From Octopus bimaculoides (Eukaryota): 34,040 nucleotides of DNA. Positions 1 to 11,761 of this stretch are shown here, piece by piece (positions within the stretch are counted from its first letter, which is position 1; each line of letters starts with the position of its first letter). A model generated the notes under the pieces. That model saw only the letters and a program-made list of their open reading frames with translations, was not told where the DNA came from and made no database searches. The translations under genes and the position numbers were made by a program. The stretch lies in contig NC_068991.1 of assembly GCF_001194135.2 (NCBI RefSeq), positions 48,138,472-48,172,511 on the forward strand, given 5' to 3'.

Positions 1-36
<36 letters not shown>

Positions 37-356
37 GGGATGATATTATTAAAATACCATCACGAGTGGTAAGCGAATTATCAGCCGTACAGGCAGATTA
101 ATAAAATATATACATACAATATTAGATATGTACATATATATACCAGGGTACTACATGAGTGCCTATATCGCTAAAAAATAGAAGTAAAAAAATACTTCTG
201 TACTACCGAATAGTCACAAATCTATTACAGACATGATAGGAAAAAATATCAGTGAACAATAATGTCTTACCTCTAATGGGTCAGAACAAGTAAATACTGG
301 TCAACCTGGTAGCGGTTTCGAAATTTAGCGCCAAATATGTCTACTGCTGCCGCTGT

Positions 357-400
<44 letters not shown>
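357..400. repeat. (CTA)n microsatellite
   Basis: About 14 perfect CTA units read directly. Confidence 0.97.
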
Positions 401-566
401 TAGAAAAATAAAGAAAGAAAAGAGTGGAAATTTTACCGGTGAGTGTGTTAAATTATAAGGCACTAAAAGAGAATGACTCTCCCCAGACATAACAGAATAT
501 GCTTCAACACACGAACTCACATAAAGAATCTTGCAATCCAAAAACGAAATACACACNNNNNNNNNN

Positions 567-615
<49 letters not shown>

Positions 616-782
616 ATATACATATATATATATACACTTGTGAGTGCAGAACTGGAAGAAAACGTCACTCAACACATTTATTAGGAGACGCTTGAACGAG
701 AAGGGTTTCAGTTAGAAGCCTGCGAAACTTTAAGTCGCATCGAGCCGAATTAAATTGTTTTAAATGTCAATAAATATAAATA

Positions 783-821
783 CATACACACACATACACA
801 CACGCAAACACACACACAAAT

Positions 822-916
<95 letters not shown>
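783..916. repeat. (CA)n microsatellite
   Basis: Long CA run; explains the His-Thr and Cys-Val ORFs at 750-1152. Confidence 0.97.
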
Positions 917-919
<3 letters not shown>

Positions 920-1009
920 GTATATACTGCATACGTATGCGTGTATACGATACGTGTGGTTGCAAAAGCAACCCGATCATCAGAAGTAGAATCTTCGTTT
1001 TGACTGAAC

Positions 1010-1420
1010 ATGAAATTACGTTATATGCCAATGTTTTGTTAACACAAACTCAAATTTCATTGTTATTTTCCATCTCTTTCCCTACTGGGATTTCGTGTAA
1101 CCTTCAATTCTTTGCGTGGACCATGAATCTTACAATCATAAATACAGTTTGATCGCTTCCAATACATCCAACATTACGAAATAGCCAACTTGGTTTACAA
1201 TCTACTAATCCTCTCAGTTACTGAATGAAACATTTTCTGAATATTTCTTTTATTCCAACATATTACACTTGCTGTTTTTCTTCGATTTCAAATTATGTAT
1301 CGTCTGAATCTAATTTCTATATTATCTGGTTAATTTTCCACTCGGACAACCTTGTTCGGCGAACAAAATGGCTCTGACATCCCCCAAGAGTTGTTATATT
1401 GTTTGATATGCATGTACAAG
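1010..1420 (-). mobile_element. Decayed hAT-type transposase fragment (catalytic core region)
   Basis: Manual frame-hopping gives collinear hAT-like motifs: ITTLG(D)G.., AEQ..VVRV, IEIRF, KTASVI..GIKEIF, VGCIGSD..V.MI(G)KIHG..AK.K, CVN.TLA. Many stops and frameshifts; no termini found. Confidence 0.5.
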
Positions 1421-1635
1421 AGATGTTTTATGTTGGCAACACCGATATAATTGTTCTAAGAAATTATTCTGAGCTTAAGGCAGCAATTAACGGGACATAA
1501 CAAAAGATAGAACATTATTATACAACACTAATTAGAGGGAATTTCGGAGAAATATTCGATTCTCAGTTGTGAGCACGCCATTGCTTTTCGTTCATTCTGA
1601 ATATGTATGTTACACAAATTCTATACGCGTACACA

Positions 1636-1685
<50 letters not shown>

Positions 1686-1688
1686 TAT

Positions 1689-1719
<31 letters not shown>

Positions 1720-2090
1720 TTCTCTCTTTCTCTTTCGTGCTAACGATTCTGCCAAAAATAATGATGCATACACATACATACACATCTTAGCACTAAAGAG
1801 ACATGTTCACACTGAATGTAAATGCAGGCGATCGATTATATTCACATATATGTTCACACCAAGCGAACTACATATTTACAAACTCTGAGCATTCTCTTTC
1901 TTGAACAAACCTTGTCGCTTTGTTAGCGAAAAAGCTTCCATTAAGAAGTACTTACATAAATCTCAAAGAAAAACATACATACATGCACTCATAATACATA
2001 CATACCTGTATAAATACGGGCATGCATACATAGGCACATATACCCCCCACACACACACACACATACACATACATACAGTCACACACATTC

Positions 2091-2222
2091 GTGTGACTGT
2101 GGTAAGAAGCTTGCTTCCTAACCACATAATTCCGGATTCAGTCCCACTTAGTGACACCTTGGTCAAGTGTCTTCTACTATAGCCCCGGGCCGATCAAAGA
2201 GTTGCGAGTGGATTTAGTAGAC
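2091..2222 (+). mobile_element. SINE family A, 5' part (tRNA-derived head)
   Basis: Aligns by eye with the near-complete copy at 31671-32070 (ggtaagaagcttgcttcc...cagtcccact...caagtgtcttctactatagcc). Confidence 0.85.
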
Positions 2223-2493
2223 ACTTATTGTTAACAATAGTCGGGATGCATGGCGTTCAGTTAATCTATAAATGAAAAATGCATTAAATAATACAAAACG
2301 TATACGTTGGATAGACACAAGGACACTAATTCTTCGTCAGTTATCGACTGGAAACTGGGTATTAGTATTTTCGGTCGGTAAATGACGAAGAATTAGAGTC
2401 CTTGTGTTTGTACTACGTGTACGCTTTGTAGTATTTAGTGCATTTATATAGTGGAGATATCCGCCTTGCCTAGGATTGAAATGGCAGTGTGTT

Positions 2494-2706
2494 TTTCTTG
2501 TTTTACTTGTTTCAGTGATGTGACCGCGGCCATGCTAGAGCAGCGCCGTTGGTCGAACAAATTGATCACAGGATTTATTGTTTGTAAGCTTGGTGCTTAT
2601 TCTATCAGTGTCTTTTGTCGAACGGCACAGCAACATCGGTTGTCAAGCAATGGTTGGGTACAAACACATACATAGACATATATATACGACAGTCTTCTTT
2701 CAGTTT
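2494..2706 (-). mobile_element. SINE family A, 3' part
   Basis: Reverse complement matches the 3' half of 31671-32070 (cagcatggccgcggtcac...tgaaacaagtaaaa). Confidence 0.85.
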
Positions 2707-2808
2707 TCGTGTACGAAATTCACACACAGATACTTGCGCATATAAGGATACACAACATACAAGAACAGAATGGAATAAGCAGAGCAAGAGTATACACGAA
2801 GACGAAAA

Positions 2809-2855
2809 GTGTCGCTGAGGAGTTCACAAATGTGTGACGAAAAATTCCCGGACAA
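2809..2855 (+). ncRNA. Degenerate minimal hammerhead-like motif
   Basis: CTGAGGA 2815-2821, bulged 6-bp stem 2822-2838, GAAA 2839-2842, AATT-C, imperfect stem I (gtgtcg / ccggaca). Confidence 0.3.
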
Positions 2856-3560
2856 TGGACATGAGTTAGAATAAAAGCAGTAATAAACGAGCGAAGACCA
2901 AATATATAGTGCGTGTGCTTGTTTGGCAAAAANNNNNNNNNNNNNNNNNNNNNNNNNNNNNNNNNNNNNNNNNNNNNNNNNNNNNNNNNNNNNNNNNNNN
3001 NNNNNNNNNNNNNNNNNNNNNNNNNNNNNNNNNNNNNNNNNNNNNNNNNNNNNNNNNNNNNNNNNNNNNNNNNNNNNNNNNNNNNNNNNNNNNNNNNNNN
3101 NNNNNNNNNNNNNNNNNNNNNNNNNNNNNNNNNNNNNNNNNNNNNNNNNNNNNNNNNNNNNNNNNNNNNNNNNNNNNNNNNNNNNNNNNNNNNNNNNNNN
3201 NNNNNNNNNNNNNNNNNNNNNNNNNNNNNNNNNNNNNNNNNNNNNNNNNNNNNNNNNNNNNNNNNNNNNNNNNNNNNNNNNNNNNNNNNNNNNNNNNNNN
3301 NNNNNNNNNNNNNNNNNNNNNNNNNNNNNNNNNNNNNNNNNNNNNNNNNNNNNNNNNNNNNNNNNNNNATATATATATATATATATGTACACATACATGG
3401 ATACATGCACAGATGGATACATGCACAGATGGATACATGTGTATATATATATATATGTATCTATTAATGTACGTATGTGTATGTGTTGATAGATACATAG
3501 ATATACATCCATACACGAACATCTATATGTATATATATACAGATGCATCATACATATATA

Positions 3561-3780
3561 GTGAAGAAGCGTGGCTTAGTGGTTACGATATTCGTCAACT
3601 TAGATGGCAAAATGAGTAGTACCTGTATTTCAAAGGCCCAGCCTTGTCACGCTAAATCTCCCTGAGATCTACGTTAGGGGTACATGTGTCTGTGGTGTGC
3701 TCAGCCACTTGCAATTTAATTTCACGAGCTGTCTCTTCTGTTGATCGGATCAACTGGAACCCCTGTTGACGTATCGACCA
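3561..3780 (+). mobile_element. SINE family B, internally deleted copy
   Basis: Shares ctacgtta.gggtaca.gtgtctgtgg.gtgctcagccactt and gttgatcggatcaactggaaccc with 20144-20527. Confidence 0.85.
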
Positions 3781-4124
3781 ATCTGCGGCTGCAGCAGACG
3801 ACACTTGCTCAACCTGGTGTGCAGTGAAATCGAATTCAGAACTATGTGATTATGAAGCGAACGTATAACCACTCGGTTTTGTCTTGGTATATTATATACG
3901 AAACTTTCATTCCTCTCAGTTATTCATCTTAAGAAATTTCTTCTTTAATACTTATTAGCCTTTTTATGGAATCGAGTTTTATGGAATCAAATTTCGTTTA
4001 CTTCTAAAAAACATTATATTTCATGATACAGAAATAAATTTATTTCTCAAACGCGTGATAATGCTATAAATAGCGTGATCAGGATAAATTATCCATTTTG
4101 CTTCATTCTTACCCCAATCCTTTT

Positions 4125-4985
4125 TGTACTCTGGTTTCTTCATCACTCTACGGAGTATTTATTTCTCCTGGTAGGTGTTCAACTTATATTCTACGTTTTA
4201 ATTTTTGTCATGTTTTCGTAATTCGTATTTTGAATTCTTTGACACTCTCTACAGAATATCTATTTCCATTGGCTGATGTTTATCCGATATTTCACTCATT
4301 TCTTCAGAATTTAAAAAATTATGTTCTGGTTTCTGCAACACTATTGAATAAATATTTCCCTTAGCTTGTTTTTATTCTATATTTCATGCAGTCTTTCTAC
4401 ATATTTTTCATACTTTATATTCTGGTTTCTTCAAAACTACCGAACAGGTTCATGTTTATATTTCACATTTTATCTTTTGATACATTTTCATATTTCATAG
4501 TATGGATGTTTCGACACTCCTGAATGAGTATTTCTCTTTGCTCGTGTTCATTTTACATTTAACATTTATTTTTTCATATTTTGCAAATTCCAAAGTCTGG
4601 TTTCTTCGATTCTGTCTGTCTCTCTACTGAATATGTATTTCTCTTAGCTCGTGTTTATCCCACATTTCACGTTTTATTTCTTTGATTTCACATTTTATAT
4701 TTTAGTTTCTGTAACACACTCTACTGAATACATATTTCTCTGGGGTAGTGTTTATTCTATATTTCACATTTTACTTACATTTTTTCATGCTTTATATTCT
4801 GGATGTTTCGAGATACTTTCCTGAATAATATTTCTCTTTGCTGTTGTATTTCTTATGTTTTTCATGCTTTATATTCCGAATGTTTTGACTCTCTTTTCTG
4901 GATTAGTATTTCGCTTGGTTCGTGCTTGTCCCACATTACGCGTTTTATTTCTTCATATTTTTCATACTTTATTCTCAGTTTTAGA
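4125..4985. repeat. Degenerate ~95-bp tandem array, about 9 units
   Basis: Anchor (act)ctactgaata-like motif recurs near 4148, 4245, 4339, 4436, 4515, 4621, 4718, 4817 and 4892, followed by atttctct..gct.gtgttt and ttttcat.ctttatattct. Confidence 0.75.
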
Positions 4986-6029
4986 TGGTTTTGCTAAATT
5001 TATTTTTTAACGAAGGTTATTAGAGTTTTGTGTTTTTTCATTATTTTATCTTGTGTATTTTTTGTCATTTATTTCAATACTAGTTTATTTCTCAGTTTTT
5101 ACGTTGCTAATAAAATAACTGTTTTATATATATATATCATGGTATTACTATAGCATCTTGAACAAATGATCGAGTGTTGAACTAGATGTTTTTACGGCCT
5201 TCAGATTCAAAAATATATTTCAAGCTGTAATTTCAAATTAGATTCAACAACCAACTTCGTTTCTTCGATGTATTAAAAAGAAGTAATAGAGACGATCCTT
5301 TTTCGCTATATTACTTTCCACACAAAATTGTCCCAAAGCGTTACTATTTTTGTCGTCACTACCGTCATCATAATCATCGTTGTTGTCACCATCATCAATG
5401 TCCTTTCAATTGATCTTGTTTATGTGAGCAACTGTTTCCGGTTTGGGAAGGCCTGCAGTAGACGTACTTACTATTCAGTGTGCTCGAACGTAAAACTACG
5501 TGGTTATGAAGCAAAATTTTTAGCCACTTGACCATGCCGTTGTGTACTTATTATTCACATAAGTGGGGTTTTCTTTAATCCCATTCTAGTTCTGAGATAT
5601 TTCAGTTTAACACCTCTCATGATGCAGACTTTACGTTAATTTGATAATCATTTCTGGGTTTTGCTGTATTTATTTTTTAATTTTATTTATTATTTATTAT
5701 TTTACCAATTTCACTCTGAGTATGCTAAATGAATTCTGTAGAATAAATTAAAGTAATTTCAAAGCAAATGACATTTTCATTAAGGACAAGATAAATATAA
5801 CATATATATTTTTTCTGCTTTTCGTGTTAACTTTACAAAGATGAAAAGAATAAGTACAGTGTTCAGAATAATTAACAGTTTCAAACGCAGAATTCGTACT
5901 GAAACTGCATTTAAAGATTGTTAATATTTTATATTTCATCATGACCTTGTGTTACTCAAATATTTATTTAATAATAAAATATAGAGTTGAAAGAAAAAAG
6001 AATAAAACGAAACTGAATACACACACACA

Positions 6030-6074
<45 letters not shown>

Positions 6075-6276
6075 GGGGGGGAGAGGAACTACCAATTGCC
6101 ATTTCTTAAACTACAACAGCAATAAATACAGGGTGGGCCAAAAGTCACGCACAAAATAAGTTCAATACGTTCCGGAATTGTCAAATATATGCTTCAAATT
6201 TTCTGAAATTGACTATAATAAATAGAATAATGATGAATACACACGTACTCGTACATGATTAATAATAACAATAACC

Positions 6277-6486
6277 TTTCTTACTATAGGCACAAGGCCT
6301 GAAATTTTAGGGGAGGGGGCCAGTCGATTACATGGAACCCCGTGCGTAACAGATACTTATTTCATCGACCTCAGAAGGATGAAAGGCAAAATCGACCTCG
6401 GCGGAATTTGAATTTAGAATGTAGCGACGGGCAAAATACCGCTAAGCATTTCGTCCAGCGTCCTAACGATTCTGCCAGCACACCGC
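6277..6486 (-). mobile_element. SINE family C (tRNA-like head with A/B boxes)
   Basis: Minus strand reads tggcagaatcgttag (A box) ... aaattccgccgaggtcgattttgcctttcatcctt ... ccttgtgcctatagtaagaaa; at least 8 related copies in the window. Confidence 0.9.
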
Positions 6487-7339
6487 TTGAGTAACAATAA
6501 TAATAGCGTAATATGATTTTTTCTTTATTCACCAGTAATTGTTTATATAAATGAAAAAGAGAAAGGCATCGGAGGGGCGATGCATAGCCTGTGCGCAGAT
6601 AAATTTTTTGCAAATTATAATGTGGCTTACAATGCGTTGCTTATCCATGCTTTTTAATGGAACTGAATTAATAATTTTTTTTAAAGTATCGCCATTATAT
6701 GTATTTATACTCCGGTGAAATTAAGAAATCAAATCAAAGTATTAAGTCTTCATGACCAGTACAATAAGTACCAGTCATATACTGAACTCGACTGCATCGA
6801 CTGTAACCCTCGACCACAAATGTGACATCATCTTCGGCGTATATATATATATATATATATATNNNNNNNNNNNNNNNNNNNNNNNNNNNNNNNNNNNNNN
6901 NNNNNNNNNNNNNNNNNNNNNNNNNNNNNNNNNNNNNNNNNNNNNNNNNNNNNNNNNNNNNNNNNNNNNNNNNNNNNNNNNNNNNNNNNNNNNNNNNNNN
7001 NNNNNNNNNNNNNNNNNNNNNNNNNNNNNNNNNNNNNNNNNNNNNNNNNNNNNNNNNNNNNNNNNNNNNNNNNNNNNNNNNNNNNNNNNNNNNNNNNNNN
7101 NNNNNNNNNNNNNNNNNNNNNNNNNNNNNNNNNNNNNNNNNNNNNNNNNNNNNNNNNNNNNNNNNNNNNNNNNNNNNNNNNNNNNNNNNNNNNNNNNNNN
7201 NNNNNNNNNNNNNNNNNNNNNNNNNNNNNNNNNNNNNNNNNNNNNNNNNNNNNNNNNNNNNNNNNNNNNNNNNNNNNNNNNNNNNNNNNNNNNNNNNNNN
7301 NNNNNNNNNNNNNNNNNNNNNNNNNNNNNNNNNNNNNNN

Positions 7340-7986
7340 TAGAGAGCTTCAAGGAGATCAGAGAACAAATCTGGTATATTTACGTAAAGCTCGTAGCGAA
7401 TACCATCCAAACAGGGTGACTTGCACCTCGTGCAGTCGACAAGGGCATCCTGAATTTCGGCTGAAGTTATCTGCCTTTCGCAGCGCTCTGCGTCGGCCGT
7501 CATGAGGTGCGGCAAAGTGTCGAGGTGGGGACTGAAGTCTGCTACCGTCTCTGATCAGCCACTCCCTCCGAACAACCGAGCGAAGTGCTAGTGAAAGGCT
7601 TCACACATCTGCCTGGAATCGCTCATCTCGTGTCCGTCTCGGTCTGTCAAAGACCGAATTGTGGTTTTGTTACCACGCTGCGCCTCCGCTACGCAGACCC
7701 ATCGAACAGCTTTGGTTCCCTTGTTTCTTAGAGCCTGTGCCTTAGCTCTGACAATACAACTTTCATGTTTGGCGTTGAAAAAATGATCTAATGCCTTTCT
7801 TGCTGCTAGCACGTCGGTTGCAATGTCACTAACTTAGCTACTAGCTTCTCCCCCTTTCTATTTTTTTTTCTAACGCTACTCCTTTGCTAAACCCTATCGA
7901 AATTACTCTAATCTCTCTTTTGAGCGCTCCCTACCACCTGTTGTTGACCTCACTCTCTCTTTTGCTATACTAAATTGTTGACTCGG
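7340..7986 (-). mobile_element. L1/Tx1-type LINE ORF2 fragment (post-endonuclease region leading into RT)
   Basis: RW.GALKREIR...VLAARKALDHFFNAKHESCIVRAK...EIQDAL..CTRCKSPCLDGIRYELY resembles the KSPGxDGxPxE(F/L)Y motif just N-terminal of L1/Tx1 RT. Stops and frameshifts; runs into an N gap. Confidence 0.85.
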
Positions 7987-8037
7987 TGTAAAGATTTCAA
8001 GCTATTGAAATCTCTCCCACCCCATTTCAAGCTATTT

Positions 8038-8071
8038 CCCGGTAATCTGAAATCGATTTCAGATTACCGGG
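8038..8071. repeat. Perfect 34-bp palindrome (subterminal unit)
   Basis: cccggtaatctgaaatcgatttcagattaccggg equals its own reverse complement. Confidence 0.95.
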
Positions 8072-8603
8072 GATGGGGTGGTGGAGGTAGCCTGAAACCG
8101 ATTCCAAATTATTCCCGCGTTGTTCTCATTACCCGCTCAATGATTTTGCTAAAATAATAAATTTTAAAACTTACAGCTCCTGATATTTTTGTAACATTAT
8201 ACACGGATTACATTCAAGTTTGTAAACTAACATGAAAATAACAAAAATATTGTAAACTAACAAGAAAATAAACAAAAATATTAGATTTTTTAAAAACACT
8301 TTTATAATGCGCTAAAAAATCATGTCGAATATCAGAGATTCTGTGTTTTCAATTTTCTAAAAATAAAAACGATTTTTTTGTTAATGAGAAAGTGATTTAG
8401 ATTAGAGTACTTTTTTTCTAGATATATGTAGCAGATGGATGGTGTTTACAGTGGACTGAGTTGAGTTGAGAGAATGTATCGATAAGAGATTGATTTGAAG
8501 AACGATATGTATTTTATATACAAACCGAAATTTATCTATACACTTTAAATTAGTAACGAAATGTATTTATATACATTAAAACATCACTGCATTGTTTTTA
8601 TTT

Positions 8604-9716
8604 TTAGTTTGGAGCTTTGGTATCCTGATTTTCGTAATTTGGTTTTCGTTTTTTGCTTGCTGGTGGTTGTTCAATATATAGAGTGAGGTTGGTAGCATTT
8701 ACTTTCTTTTCTAGTACTTTATTGTTACTTGAAAGTCGATAGGTATTTTTGCCACAAACTTCTGCAACAGCGTAAGGGCCTGTGCGGCGTTCCTCTTGAA
8801 TTAGGTTTTTCTGTCCTCTTGAATTAGGTTTTTGAGCAGAACTTTATTTCCAATACTGAACTGCTGTTGCTCGTGTTTTCTGTCGTACTGATCTTTTCGA
8901 ACAGACTGAGCTATTCTAATATTGGAGGTAACTCGAGAAATAATACTGTCCCGAATAGCTGTCATAGCCTTCATTTTTCTAGATATAGATTTATCATTTC
9001 CAAAACTGTCCAGATCTTTGGCAGTTGGGTTGTGCTGTAGTTCAACTGGAAGTGTAGCTTGCCTGTTGCATAAAATTTGAAACGGGGTAAAAATGTGTTG
9101 AAGAATGTTTGACTGTTCGATGCGCAAACAGAACTGGTAAGCATTCAACCCAGCATCTTTCATAGTGCGATTCTGTCGCTCAACGTGACCATTTGCCTGA
9201 GAATTATAAGCATTTGTTATGTGCTACTGTGTTCCTGTCAGTTTATGTAGTTCTCAAAACACTCCGTTCACGAATTCTCTTTCTTGACCATTTATCTGAA
9301 TTTTTATACAGCAATTCCGACAAATAACATCCTCAAAGAGAAACTTTTCTATAGTGTCTGCTGTGTGATCTTTCAATGGTCGAGCCTCGGGCCATTTGGA
9401 GAAGTAATCCATTACAACAACAATGCAACAATAACCATCATCTGCTTTCGGCAAATTGGTGTTGTCGACACTCTTCTGTTCATCTGGATTGCGAATGACC
9501 AAGACTTCTCGATATTCATTTTCAGAATTTCTTACTCTCTCTGCTCTGTAACGATAGTGGAGTTCACCATTCCGTGCAGCATAATGCTTAGAGAGCCTAC
9601 GCAGGTTTATTTACCTTTTCATTTTTGGACGTATGAAGTCCATATTTTTTGTTAACAACATAATAAAATATCAAATCAATGTTGTCCGCTTTGTCTTATG
9701 TACTAAAAGTAGCCAT
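8604..9716 (-). pseudogene. Ginger1/GIN1-like DDE integrase (transposase) pseudogene
   Basis: ATG at 9716. N-terminal IFYYVVNKKY...LRRLSKHY..RNGELHYRY (YPYY-like block); core MDYFSKWPEARPL...IQINGQEREFVN...QANGHVERQNRT; C-terminal TGPYAVAEVCGKNTYRL (GPY/F). H2C2 finger deleted, second Asp appears mutated, and a 23-bp duplication near 8790-8835 shifts the frame. Confidence 0.85.
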
Positions 9717-9968
9717 TCTGGATATGCTTCTTTCAAATTTCTTCAGCTTTAAGTAACTAAGTGAAAACTCCAACTAAATGAAAGCTCTGACTTTATCTTT
9801 GATTTACATTACTTTCTCTTTCATTTACAAACGTACATTACACATACATACACATAATAAACATCAATACATACATTTAATGGGTTCATCCATTATCTCC
9901 TTATTTGTTATCACGGTGACGAATATGTGGGGAAGGATTTTAGGTGGGGATAATCTGAAATCATAGGG

Positions 9969-10054
9969 GGTAACTTGAAATCGATGTCAAATAACCCTCG
10001 GAGTAACTTGAAATCGATTTCAAATTACCCCCAGTGGTAATCTGAAAGCGATTT
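9969..10054. repeat. Array of three ~28-bp imperfect palindromes, 33-34 bp period
   Basis: Units at 9969-9996, 10002-10029 and 10036-10054 (truncated), same family as 8041-8068. Confidence 0.9.
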
Positions 10055-10149
10055 GAGGCTTTTGGTATTCCTTCATTTTTACTACTGGAAGATTAAGAGA
10101 TCTGTGACTGTGAGTGTGTCCTTGTCTGTAAGTGTGTTTATGTTTTTGT

Positions 10150-11171
10150 TTTTATTCATGTGTGTATTTGAAGTGGAGAGTGGGAGGGCTTTCCTCGTTT
10201 TCCCCTTGAGTGGTCAATGTCTTTGATAGTGTTTCCTCTGGTGTTGTTGCTGGTGATTTTGCCGGTTCTGGTGCTGGTTGTAGTCCTCGCCCCGGCGCAG
10301 GCGGTAATAAAGACCTTGGATCCCTCCACCTTTTGTCAATTGAGGTCAGAAGGCTCGCAAATGGGTTGTTTCTCCACAAACGAAACAATACAGCCTTTTG
10401 CTCTCAGTCATTATGTGTATCACCGTGTTCTGGAGACCAATGTGATCCGGGATTCTTTTTACGTTTTCGGTCCTGATCTGGAGAAGTATCTCCCGGTCAA
10501 TCCCGGACCATCCCTCTCTGGCAGTTTTTGTCATGCCTATCCGGACGGTGTCCTCCCCCTCCACAATTACGCGTCCCCGAAGCCACCACATATCAAGTCC
10601 TGGTGGGATTCTGGGAATGCAGACACGTGCTATTCGTTTTCCCATGTGGAAGGGGTGCATTATTACCTTGCTGGTTTTAAAAGAGGTCATTGAATGTTTC
10701 ATAGCGAGGGTTTCTGAGTTAAATAGCACCGAAATGGTGCCGTATTGTCTGCCCTTCACTATGCACTCGGTGTCATTCCTGATACATCTCAGCGTAGCTT
10801 CAATATCTGCTTGGACAATTTAAGCCGCTATCTTCGTTGCTGATGAGTTGCATCTGAAACGCACCGTTCTTCACCCCATTGCTTCAATGACCTTCGCCAA
10901 GACAGTCAAGTTGGCCCAGGTTTGCTCTTGCTTGATGAGCTTCCAGGCCTGGGTCAATTTTTTATTTTTATTTGCGAGGTCCATGCTGAATCGCGGCCTT
11001 GCTGCTGCTGCTGCAGCGAAGGTGTTCTTGTTTGTAATATTGATAATGTTCTCGTTGTTATTGTTGTCGATGCTGCTGCTGTTGTTGTTGTTGGTTTTGT
11101 TGTTGACACCTTTGCTATTGTTGTTGTTGTTGTTGCCATCGCTACTTTTTCCACTGTTGCTGTCTTTCGCG

Positions 11172-11209
<38 letters not shown>

Positions 11210-11478
11210 GCTGTTGTTGTTGTTGTTGCCATCGTCACTACTACTGCTGCTGCTGTCACTGCTGCCGCTATTGTTGTCACTGCTACCACTGCTGTTGTCG
11301 ATGTCTTCACTGCTGTTACTACGAGGTGAACTTTGTACTTTTCCACTCCCACTTTTCTCCTCTCCTTCTCATGTATTGTTGCCAGTAACGGAGGGATGGA
11401 GAGGAAATTTTTCAGCAGTCACCAGATCTGTGGGAAAGACAGTTTTTTCCTCAACTCTTTCAAGACGCGTTCCGCCAT
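10150..11478 (-). mobile_element. L1/Tx1-type LINE ORF1 (gag-like, single CCHC knuckle), disabled
   Basis: Starts MAERVLKELRKK at 11478; Ser/Asn-rich low-complexity tract; TFAAAAAARP; globular region; CFVCGETTHLRAF* = CX2CX4HX4C with the last Cys as TGA; Pro/Thr-rich tail. Same strand as and upstream of the ORF2 fragment. Confidence 0.8.
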
Positions 11479-11497
11479 TCTGTTGAGTTGTATTTGA

Positions 11498-11532
11498 TTA
11501 AATTAAATTAAATTAAATTAAATTAAATTAAA
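11498..11532. repeat. (TTAAA)7 pentamer
   Basis: Read directly. Confidence 0.95.
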
Positions 11533-11689
11533 AGTCCATCAAACTTACTTGGTGGGCCGAATGTAGCCGTCCCTCGAGGGTTCCTGGTATTTCTATTGAC
11601 AACTTGGAACAAAATGAATAATACTGATGTAAATGTTTTAAACTGAACCAACCTGGAGCGTTTGAAAACACGTCCTATGTATTCCGTAG

Positions 11690-11691
<2 letters not shown>

Positions 11692-11761
<70 letters not shown>
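11692..11761. repeat. (TAA)n microsatellite
   Basis: Read directly; explains the poly-Ile ORF. Confidence 0.97.

Larger units (their letters stand above)
7987..10054 (-). mobile_element. Ginger1-like DNA transposon (Gypsy-type integrase), one terminus truncated
   Basis: Left end TGTAAAG at 7987 exactly where the LINE ORF2 breaks; related palindromic subterminal repeats at both ends; integrase gene with no RT, RNase H, gag or LTR. Confidence 0.7.

Noticed and set aside
499-2182. His/Thr- and Cys/Val-rich ORFs
   Set aside because: Translations of (CA)n and (TC)n microsatellites.
2700-3619. Long ORFs of 180-280 aa (also 6752-7515, 13632-14192, 18070-18537)
   Set aside because: Length comes from N gaps translated as X.
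6127-6152. TACAGGGTGGGCCAAAAGTCAC, like a Tc1/mariner TIR
   Set aside because: No matching second end or transposase in the window; at most a solitary end.
7987-10054. Gypsy LTR retrotransposon or CRISPR-like array interpretation of the integrase and palindromes
   Set aside because: No RT, gag or LTR is present; the palindromes are nearly adjacent with 5-6 nt spacers and sit at element ends in eukaryotic DNA.
10840-10860. CTGATGAG...GAAAC hammerhead-like string
   Set aside because: Stem II cannot form, and it is antisense of ORF1 coding sequence. Similar partial hits at 4302, 21387 and 32174 fail for lack of a stem or GAAA.
10848-11486. 212-aa plus-strand Leu-rich ORF resembling a membrane protein
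   Set aside because: Antisense of the LINE ORF1 trinucleotide tract.
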